A stretch of DNA of 64,000 bases from Oikopleura dioica. Its lineage: Eukaryota; Animalia; Chordata. The stretch is taken from NCBI GenBank assembly GCA_907165135.1, contig OU015567.1:6634001-6698000 (forward strand), given 5' to 3'. Position 1 is the stretch's first letter. Each line of letters opens with the position of its first letter. Under the pieces are notes generated by a model, which searched no databases, had not been told where the DNA came from, and saw only the letters and a list, made by a program, of their open reading frames with translations. This document shows, in pieces, positions 47,278 to 56,959 of the stretch. The position numbers and the translations under genes were made by a program.

Positions 47278-48317
47278 ATATCAGTTGAAATACAACAATT
47301 TTTCAATTTCTAATTTCAATAAATGCCAAATAAAAGAAATAAAAAAGTGAGAATCGGGCGGTCATAAATTTTTAAACAACAATCTGAAAGAAAGATCCAG
47401 CAAGAAAGGGATAGCTGGATAAAAAATCAGCGAACTTGTCCTTCATTCCTTTTTCAGTTTGACAGAGTTCTGCAAACCGCTCGACAGTTCAATTATAAAA
47501 AAGCGCCGCACATTGATGATGAAATGCTTTTGAATATTCACCGCCCACTTCTCAATGATAATTTAGCTGGACTGCAGCTTCCCAAATGCATTTTTGAGCG
47601 AAACTTTCGGAGAATTTTTTCAAAGAGAAATCATAGAAGAGACTATTTTCTGAAGATTGAAGACTCTTTCCGTGAGTTATGAAGTCAATCTTTGTTTTTG
47701 TATTTTCGAAGATGTTTCTGTATGTATGTTTACAGGCGAATAGCGCCGTCTATACAGGCGAACTTCTGTAAGAGAAGGGACAAGCGCTTGGCCACGTCAA
47801 TTAATGCATTTTGATTAGAGTGTACGGGCTTCCACTAAGTGACGGTTCGAAGAGATTCTGAATACTTGGCACGACCGACAAGGAATTATTCAACACTTTT
47901 GTTAAACTCTCTGGTAACGCCTGGGGATCGAGTCTATTGAATACACTGTACTCTGTAAGTGTGGCGAGAATTCGAAGCGATTATAAGAGATATCTTTTTA
48001 TAAGAGAAAATCTCTTTAGAATTATGGTAAGAATAAGTACTTTGTCAGATGTAGTAGAACAGATCAGATCAAATACCATGTTATATAATATAATATTGGG
48101 GTTGGATATAACATGCTTCTGAGCTAAGAATCAAGCTAAAACTATTGCATGTATAATGTTATAATGCAGGTGATGCAAATAACTTTAAATTATAAACTAT
48201 AAACTATACTCAGTGCAGTTTAATACAATCGATTCTGAGCGACCAAATACCCAAGCAATTATTATTATTATCTCTTTATAAAAGAGACGAATTAAGGATC
48301 TCTTTTCAAACATCGAA

Positions 48318-50232
48318 ATGGCAGTTCAACTTTGCAGTACAAAAGCTTCGAATCACGAAAAACACGACGGAAGATATTTCAAACTCAAGTCGTCGAAATT
48401 GCTGTTTATGATTGTTCTTTACATCGTTTTTCTCCTCATTGGTGCTGGCGTCTTCAACTTTATCGAGCAAAAAGCAGAGGTAAAATTCGAATGAGTGGAT
48501 GTAGTTTAATTTTTCACCAGCATCAACGATGTAAAACAAGTCGCGACACTGTTCGCCAAGCGGTTGACAAAATGACCGATGAGTATTTCTACCTCTTGAA
48601 TGTCAATTTGAAGATTTGTAAAGGGATCAAGGCGGTGAAAGAAGGCGACACGTCTGAATTTAACGCGGTTCTTTTGGAAGGGCTTTTGAATAATTTTTCA
48701 TTGAATAATAATCGATTCGAAAAAGAAGCCAAATATAAGTCGTACATCTACGATTGGGCAGCGACAAACTGTTCGCGAGAAGGGCAACGAATCTTTTCCG
48801 AAAAGTCCGATCTCTACAACAAGCAAGAGGATACTGCGAACGAGTTCCAACAACTTTGGGGAACAGTAATGCAAAAGTCCGACCTGAAACATTTCGACGA
48901 CGAAGTCTTCACTATCAGTGGAAAGGTGCTGAATAAAATCGTCAAAACATCGGCCGAGTTTTCGATTAAAAATTATATGGAAATACGAGAAAACTGCGGG
49001 CAAAAGCAAAGGCTGAGAAATGAATTAACCGTATACTCTTTGCTAGTATACTATCTACTAAGGATATATCAACTAGTAGCTAAAATTATCGATATTCAGC
49101 CATTTTCAAGTGGTCATTCAATAATGCATTTTTCTTCGCTGGCACACTTGCGTCAACTAAGGTTTGAAAAATAACATCAAAAATAAAGTTGAAAATACAG
49201 TTTTTCAAACCTTCTGACAGCCATTGGATATGGAAATCTAACGCCTTCAACGCAATTTGGCAAAGTTTTCTGTCTAGTTTTTATTCTATTTGGCATTCCT
49301 TATTTTGGCCTGCTCATGCGCGAAATGTCACAATTCATTAATGACCTTCTATGTGAATTAAGGAACTGGCTGTTTGTTCATTGCTTTTGTACCATGTCCA
49401 TTTAAGCAGCTCGGGTTAAGAAATGAGATCGAAGACTACTTTCTCAAGACACTGCCGTATTATACGCTTCCATCGACTTATATTATGATTGGAGTCGTTT
49501 TCCTGATTTTGATTCCGAGCTGGATTTTTGCGACAATGGAAGATTGGAGCTTTGGGGACTCGTTTTATTTCGGAATGATTTCGTTGTCGACGATTGGATT
49601 TGGCGATTTTGTTCCTAATATGAATCCGCCTCTAAAACACGCAGGTACTTTTCTATTGTCAAAAGGCCTCACTGTATAATTCCCTCAACTCACTGCTATC
49701 TACTGTATTGCCTCTAAAATTTTCATTCAGAAAAGGTTTATGAGCCTGACGACTGCTTGTCAGCAATAATCAAGCCGATGCCAGAAGATCCCAATGAAAT
49801 CGACGACACTTGTCAGAAAACCAAGTGGCCGCATTCGATCGAGATCATCTTCTCATCATATCGCCTTGCTGTCTTCTTTTGGATTCTTCTGGGCCTTGTC
49901 TGGCTCAGTGGCGTAGTCAGCTTAGAATCGGGTTGAATACCTTCAAATATAATTAATTCACGCTTTGCTGTATTCAACGCTGGTAAGTCGTTAATGGAAT
50001 CGGCCAAAGCAGGGAGCTAGCAAAACGGCTTCATTCTTACGGCCATTCGAAAATCACCAGGTCGAGAAGAGGAAGCTTGAAGAAGTCGGAATCAATTCCA
50101 GAGTCCATGTCCTTGCCAACGATAACTTTATCAACAGACTTGTCAGCGATGGATCGAGATTCTAGCGCAACAACTACGACGACTGTAAAAGCGAGAAAAC
50201 CTCTTCAACTGACTGTATCAAACGCTCTGTAA
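48318..50232 (+). CDS. Two-pore-domain potassium channel (K2P/KCNK family)
   Basis: M1 LLFMIVLYIVFLLIGAGVFNFIE, P1 WSFNNAFFFAGTLAS|TIGYG, GKVFCLVFILFGIP, P2 WSFGDSFYFGMISLSTIGFGDFVP, M4 FFWILLGLVWLSGVV. Confidence 0.9.
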
Positions 50233-50330
50233 ATATTTTGAGCTCAGGTTAACATGTAAATATCCATTCACAGAATCAGAAATTTGAATATATTTGAATA
50301 AAGGGTCGAAGGGTCGAAAATCATAATTAA

Positions 50331-51710
50331 TTAATCAAGCTCCCAGGTAAGGTCATCTTCTTTCGGGACTCGGAATTCTTTCATTACTTCGGCAGAGAGT
50401 CCTTTTTCATAAAGTTCTTTTAATTCTTCCGCAGAATATTTCTTGACGTTTTCAAACTTGAGCTTATGATTCATTCTTCGATGATCATGTTTTGGAAGAA
50501 CAACATTTGTTCCCGAATCTGCGAGTAGAAGAGGCGGTTCGTTGCTCGTTGCGACCGGCTCTCCCATCTCATTTTGCTGGATCCTGTAGCGAAGGAAGTC
50601 CTTGTTATGGCTCTTCGAGAGTGCACTTTCGTTCGTTGATATCCAGGGGCATGTTTTATTCGTCCCGTACTTTTGCTGCAGCTCGTCTTTGAAGTGGTAG
50701 TTGAATAGGAGCCATTCGATTTCGTCCACGTTTCGTTCCTCGTTGAGTTCATCTTGTTTCTCGTTGGTTTTTGAGAGAAAATGCGAAGTAATCGTTTTGA
50801 ATTTGTATCCAGCGGTGTGGAGCTCGCAGAAGAGCTGTTTTCGATCAAACTTTGAAGACTTGAAACGCTCATCGTATAAGGGAATGTTTCTTCTTGCGAT
50901 AAAATATGGCACTTGCTTCTCGGTACCGAATGATGTCAGCGATGATTCGTCAAGTTCATCATCCAAAAGAAAGGATCTTTCAAAAGCATTAGCATCCTTT
51001 TCTTTTTGAGAAAGTAAGTAGACTTCTCTCACATCATCAGAGTCCCATAAATCATGAGTTTCGATGAATTCAATGAAGTCAGCACGAAGATCTTTGCTCG
51101 GAACCACATCTGAGTCGATTTGAAGAGCAAATTCTGAATGAGCCCCTGATTGACCAACATTTCTCAAAATATTCCACGGAATGTTCCATTGAACAACAGG
51201 ATACATTTTCAACGCTTCGAAAATATTCTCGCACGGCATTGAATCTCTCAGCTCAGTTTCAGCACTAAGATCAGCGGGCTCTTCAGCAGGGTAGACAAAA
51301 TGGAACGTCACTCGGTTTCTTATTTCGCTGTTGCAGTCCGTGAGCTTGTCAATTATCGCTGAGGCAAAAGAAGCATCAAGACCAGGGCAAAAGATTGAAT
51401 ACGAAACTGGGCCAGTGAAGCTCTCCAATAACTGAGGAAGATGAGCGAGAGTTTTGAGAGTACTTTGAGTGACGAGAGTCAAATCATTCCACTCCCAACT
51501 TTCCCCGAAATTCCGATCATCTGTTTTGTAAAATCGTATGATTCTATATTCGCCAGAGTAATCATAAGTTTCTCCGGCAAATAATCTTCCTAGATTACTG
51601 TCTTCATTCGCAAATTTAACTTTCCTCTGTTTCTCATGAGACCTTCTTGTTAAAAATGCAATTTCCAGGAAAATCACAAGAGCTAGAAAAGCAGAAAGCG
51701 TCGAAATCAT
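50331..51710 (-). CDS. Intronless type II membrane glycosyltransferase family 49 (B4GAT1/LARGE-like), divergent
   Basis: N-terminal TM, DLTLVTQST, FTGPVSYSIF, PWNILRNVG, QIDSDVVPS, PLYDERF, QLFCELHTAGYKF. Confidence 0.8.
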   Translation of the reverse strand: MISTLSAFLALVIFLEIAFLTRRSHEKQRKVKFANEDSNLGRLFAGETYDYSGEYRIIRFYKTDDRNFGESWEWNDLTLVTQSTLKTLAHLPQLLESFTGPVSYSIFCPGLDASFASAIIDKLTDCNSEIRNRVTFHFVYPAEEPADLSAETELRDSMPCENIFEALKMYPVVQWNIPWNILRNVGQSGAHSEFALQIDSDVVPSKDLRADFIEFIETHDLWDSDDVREVYLLSQKEKDANAFERSFLLDDELDESSLTSFGTEKQVPYFIARRNIPLYDERFKSSKFDRKQLFCELHTAGYKFKTITSHFLSKTNEKQDELNEERNVDEIEWLLFNYHFKDELQQKYGTNKTCPWISTNESALSKSHNKDFLRYRIQQNEMGEPVATSNEPPLLLADSGTNVVLPKHDHRRMNHKLKFENVKKYSAEELKELYEKGLSAEVMKEFRVPKEDDLTWELD

Positions 51711-54067
51711 GTTTTCTCTTTGCGAGCTTTTACATTTTTGATGTCAGAACGGGGGTTCACAAAAACTCTGAGTTAAATAGCCGCGAGCCAAATTTCTAGT
51801 GAAAGCCCGGCGCAGCGCATACAATTCAAATCGTTTTCAATATTGTTTAAAGATAGTACTGTTACTGATTTAGACAGCCGTGAATATCAATTGCGCGCAC
51901 CGATTTTTCAGAAATGCGATTTCGATCGGAGATCTCTGTCAATTGTTGCACTTTTCAAGCATTTTTATTAGTGCAATATCATAAAAATTAGTTTCTTTTA
52001 ACGCTGTGCCATGTAGTCTTCCCACGAGGAGTAGGATGGGCCGGAACGAGATCGTATCGTATCTGAACAAGGTGTCAACGGAAGTTATCAAATTCATAAC
52101 TTGGCATATTTGTCCACTCCTCCATTGGGTAAGCCTTTCTTTCTTACACCCTGGGTGTCGAAGCATCCATAACCGGATGGATTTAGGAATAAACATAAAG
52201 CTCCCTTGCATAAATATCTCCACTCGAGTGTAGCAAGCAATACAGCAGATCTTACCGATTCTATATCTCAGATCACGCGCCCTCTCTCGCAACTCTAGCG
52301 TATTCAATCGGTTCTGGGCCATTTCGTGTCGCAAGAAATCCGTCTTCCGGCCTATATCTTTATCGCCGTTCCATAACAACAATTAATTTTCCCCTTCGAC
52401 GAACACTCACTCCTATCTTATCACTTCAACAATACACAGCTGTCAGTGTGAGAAAACTTTTGTGATAAGAAGTTTGGAACGGCCGTGCCTGTAGTTGCTT
52501 TGATACAGTTGTTGATGCTCCGCTGGAGACGGACGTCGGAAGCGAATTGGTTGTCCATACTGGAGCGGACAGTAGTCGTGATACTGTAACTTGGTCTGTT
52601 TCTTAGAAAGGCTTTGATCGTTAATGATTTGATTGATAAGCAAAATTTACTGATAAGCCGTTCCTGAAAACGGTTCCGAAACTTTCAGAGCTGTTTCTTA
52701 TTGAAGTGGCAGTAGCATTACGACTGTAATTTCTGCTGCTGGCACTACTGTATGAAGAAGAAACGTAGCTGCTTGATGAGCTGGGAGAGGTACTCACAGT
52801 AGGAAATGATCGATAAGCATTTCTATAAGAACTTAATTGGGGTTGATGAGCTGTCAACAATATCGCAGCAGGGCGCGTCTCCGGTTAGACTTAGATTTGG
52901 TTAACATTAACTCGCATGCTGCATGCAGGTCACCCTGTCAATGTCACGTGAGTGATTGACCCCGTCTCCTGGTGTACGAAGATTGGCTTCCAGAAACTGA
53001 ACTTATCAGTCGAGATGAATAGGAGGAAGATGTCCTACTGGGTGGAGTTGATACTGAACGAAAAGGAATACTCTCGAGAAAATAAAAGCTTGAGTACTTC
53101 GTGAGGAAAATCGCGAAAACGAGTAGTCATCTCCCCATCGCCTCGTCATGAAATTTTAGAGCTCTGTTCTTGTTTCTTCGCTCCTCTTGAAAATTTCGTT
53201 TTTGAATTCCAGTTTGAGCGCTGAAAGCACGCATTCCTTTTTTGATCCCTCGGGTTCGCTCGAGACTAAGACTGTTGTTCGTGAAATCTGTCGAATCAGT
53301 AGAACTCAGACTTTGTCATAAATCCTTCAGTTAGGTGTTAATATTTTTGTATCCTTTTGGAGTCTGATTCATTCCTGCTCTTGGGCAGTTGAATGAATTA
53401 TTCTCTCTTGAATTTTTTGAACGGAAACGAGGTCATATTTATGATCCCTTTCAAATTGCCGATCTACCTGTTTTATGCATGTAATAGCTTCAACATGGCC
53501 ATAAAATTGTCCAAATGTAAACATCTATCGACGCCCGCAGAGGATATCAAAGGTTTCATATGCGACCATATGGACGGAGCGTCTAATCTGTTACCATATC
53601 AAATAGATTCATATCAGAGCGTCGCTGATCCTTTTGCTCGACAGGTGTTCTTACAAATGATGTGGAGTTTTTATGCACTGAATAAATGAAATGGAAGACT
53701 CAAATTTTATTAAGAGAATAGAAGTCTTGCATCTTGGGCGATCAAAATAAGGAGTTTCCTTGGCAAGGAATCCTTGCTGTTTCAGAATTATAAAGGAATC
53801 CTGTTTTCTGACTGTTTTCGGGAGAAATCGGAAAGACCTGCCAACCCAATTAATGTCCATCGGCACAGTTTGAGAATATTTATGGAGAATTTTCATAATC
53901 TGATATTTGTTTTCCGAAAATTTCAATTTACAAGAATAGAACTCGCACAAAAACTTTTGAGTTGATTCTAATCAGAACAAGTCGGCATCACTTTCAGATC
54001 TGTCGCAGCTGTTCCGACCAATTAACCTTGCCTAATTGCGGCACCGCGCGCTTGCACGCCCACCACG

Positions 54068-54661
54068 ATGGCGCTGTTCAACCTGCGCGGGATATTTAAA
54101 AGCACCCTTTTTGCTCCTCCATCAGAAAAATCACTAAAACCTAAAAAACTCGCGATGCCAACGCTTATCCAACGAATTGTCGATCCTGTAGTTGTTCCTG
54201 CTCCAGCTCATTTCGACTTTCCGATTCTAGAAGAAACAGAGTACAAGCGAAGCCATCAAAAAGAGGGATATCTTTACAACTACTCCGGATACGGCCTTGA
54301 TCTTACAGAGACGAAACCAGTCGGACGAAAGCGAGTGAGAAGCAAAGACACACTTCTTACTTTCATGCAAATCGCCCAGCAACTCATGCTCATCAAGTCT
54401 TCCGAAACTGGCGAATTTCTATCAATCAGCCCTCGAGGAAAAGTGAAATCTCTTCCCCTTCCCACTCAAGGATCTCTTTGGAAAATCACCAAGAAAGCTA
54501 GCCACTCGAACTTTCATTCCCTCACCAACAAAGCTACCAACTGCGTTCTTTCCATCAACCGTCGAGGAAAAGTCCGATGCCGAAAAGAAAAGAGCAGTCA
54601 AAAGAAGAAATCAACAAGCTTCCTGCCAATTGCTACGAAACGCTTTGGAAGACGCTACTGA
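54068..54661 (+). CDS. Intronless divergent fibroblast growth factor (beta-trefoil; possibly FGF9/16/20 lineage)
   Basis: YLYNYSGYGL, LMLIKSSETGEFLSISPRGKV, CVLSINRRGKVR, STSFLPI follow the FGF core pattern (LYCRTGFHL, ISIRGVDSGLYLGMNERG, YVALNKDG, THFLP). Confidence 0.7.
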   Translation: MALFNLRGIFKSTLFAPPSEKSLKPKKLAMPTLIQRIVDPVVVPAPAHFDFPILEETEYKRSHQKEGYLYNYSGYGLDLTETKPVGRKRVRSKDTLLTFMQIAQQLMLIKSSETGEFLSISPRGKVKSLPLPTQGSLWKITKKASHSNFHSLTNKATNCVLSINRRGKVRCRKEKSSQKKKSTSFLPIATKRFGRRY

Positions 54662-55043
54662 TTCTTTAATTCCAAAGATTCTGAAAATTTCTTCTGTAGA
54701 TGCATTTTTATTTAAATCTAAATGTTCAAAAAGTTCAACAAAGAAAATAACACAAAAGATAAAAAATCATCTCTTTTTTATCTTCTATTTGAAAAGCGAT
54801 TTTCTCACATCATTGAACTTTCATTATATTAATTTAACCTAACAACAGTCGTTGTAAACATACAGATTGTTTTGCAGAGAGAAAATACGCTCAAAACCCT
54901 TCCATAAACAGTAATAACCGGGGAGCACATAACCTCAAATGATGGAGATACGGAGATAAGGACCACAGTCGTCCCATGTTCAGTTTTGCTGACCCCGACA
55001 GAAGTGAGCGGGGTCAAATTGATTGGTCTAGGAGTTTAGCGGT

Positions 55044-56242
55044 TTAGCTGCTCTTCTGGAAAGCGTCGGTGATAAAGAGCTTTCCGAGAGACTTGGTGGC
55101 GAGATCGGCGACGGCATCAGTGTATTCCTTCATCTGGACGCTTCGGAGCATCGGTTCGATTCGGCTTGGTGCTTCAGGAAGTTTGTGCACTTGGTTAACC
55201 TAAAATCGTTTGAAAAACGGGCTAAATACAAGGAAAACCTCATCGAGTGGAAGCTCTTCCTGTCCATTAGCCCGTCGCTGTTCATTTTCTTGTCGTCGCT
55301 TAGCGAGCCAGCTTTGTCGTTGCTGTTGGTTTTTAGCAGTGAGCTTTTGGAATTGATTGAATCTGTTCGAGTCGTTGACGACTTCATCTACAACTCGGTC
55401 GAGGAGCCTTAATTTTATAAGAAGGGAGGAAGGAGAACGGTAATTACTTGAGGTGTCTTTCCAAGGAAGCAGAAGTTGCCGGCTCGAGGAAAGATTTTCG
55501 GGGGTTGAAGGAGTCGCGATCTTCAAGGTCGAAAATAAGCATGTTTGCGAGGAAGGAAGTCTTCAACGCAACCGGGATTTCTTCGAAAATATCCTAAAAA
55601 TGCCTCTTTCCAAAATGAAAATGAAGAGTATTCGATACCTTGGTGCTGATTTTGCCATCTCGGAGTTCTTTCAAAGTAGGCTCAGGCCAGTAATCATTCT
55701 CGGCGTCATAGTTGATCATGTCGATGTAGTCCTGGGAGATTCGGAAAGCTCGGAAGGAGCACTGACCTTGGGCAGTTTTCAGAGGATCGTAGACGAGCAC
55801 GGTCGACTCGGTCAAGTTCATCTGCGATTGATGGTTACTTCCATTGTGTTTTAAAATGTGGAATACCTGGAAAGAGACCAAGTTGTTCAAGAAGGAGCGA
55901 GTGAAGATCTCGGAGTTGAGGGAGCTCGTGTACCAGCCGACTTGGAGGTGATCGCATCCCTTTTCTCGGATATACTTGAGGTAGTCGAGAGCGTAGCGCT
56001 CTGGCTCATCGTACGAATCGTCAGTGTCAACTGGGCTCGGGATCGAATGGGTAACTTCGAGGACGTTGCTGCTTCGGTCGATGTAACCAGTCAATTGACC
56101 CTTTAAATTTTGTGAAAGGCTGAATGCAATTGTTGCTTACGATTCTATCTTCATCCTGCGCGCGCTCGTCGTTGAAGCATTTAGCGATTTGGAGAGCAAC
56201 GACTGGATCAATCTGCACCTGTTCAATCGGCGATGCAACCAT
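55044..56242 (-). CDS. EIF3H: Eukaryotic translation initiation factor 3 subunit H
   Basis: VQIDPVVALQIAKC, LEVTHSIP, DHLQVGWY, TVLVYDPLKTAQG, FKIATPSTPENL, PSLLI, KLFI. Confidence 0.9.
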
Positions 56243-56403
56243 GTCTTCAAGAAAACAACTTGAGTCATATCAACAGAGGTTTATTTTTTGGTAAAAGCGT
56301 GTTTTTTCGAAACAGTCAACATTTTTTATCGACGGTAGAACTCAATAAATAACAGAGAGAAGGGAATTTCGTTTTTCTCGAGTTTCGACTATTTTTCAGT
56401 TGC

Positions 56404-56680
56404 TTAGATGCCGCAGACGCCGACGCCGATGGCCTTGAGGTCTTCCCAGACGGCGATCATCATGATGGTCATAATGGCGCCACCGACGTAGTTGACGGAT
56501 TCCATGGTGGAGCAGAAGGGAGAGTTCTGCCACTGTCGGGCGACGGTGAAGTCAACTCCGCCGGTCTTTTTCTAAAGAAGATTGAGTTTGGGAAAGAACT
56601 TCTTTTGGGAAACTTACGGTGTACTGTGGGAGCTTGACAGTTCGGACGGAGACTCGGGCAAGTTTCTGGACGGCACGCAT
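56404..56680 (-). CDS. 76-aa mitochondrial single-TM protein, COX8-like (absent from the ORF track)
   Basis: Exons 56680-56618 and 56571-56404: MRAVQKLARVSVRTVKLPQYT|KKTGG...STMESVNYVGGAIMTIMMIAVWEDLKAIGVGVCGI*; Arg-rich presequence, strong codon bias. Confidence 0.65.
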
Positions 56681-56959
56681 GGTTCTAAAAGTGTTTTTTT
56701 CAATGGCTTGGTTTCCGAATAATGAATTAATTATTAGAAAGACATACGAATTGCACTAGACATTGCCCTTGAATTGAATTTTTTGGACACGGAAACTTAA
56801 ATTTTCAGTAACAAGTAGTAGCTGCTCTTGATTATCTGAGAAAAACAACAATGAACAGGTGAACTTTCTCAAGCAAGAAAAAATTCGAGAAGGAATAAGA
56901 ATGGAGGGGATTTTCAATAGAAGAATGCTTGAATTTTTAAAAGGTAAATGGAAAAATTA

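Noticed and set aside
51939-52382. 147-aa minus-strand ORF
   Set aside because: No recognisable motif, atypical composition and no clear splice context; possibly a decayed repeat
52443-53689. Short ORFs (52621-52860 minus, 52443-52643 minus, 53393-53689 plus) as genes
   Set aside because: Low complexity or no homology; cannot be distinguished from non-coding sequence without expression data
54918-54975. tRNA or tRNA-derived SINE
   Set aside because: No T-psi-C (GTTCRA) box or cloverleaf
56748-56763. Upstream ATG as start of the COX8-like gene
   Set aside because: Splicing from it enters exon 2 out of frame and gives a Pro/Ser junk peptide; ATG 56680 fits the codon bias
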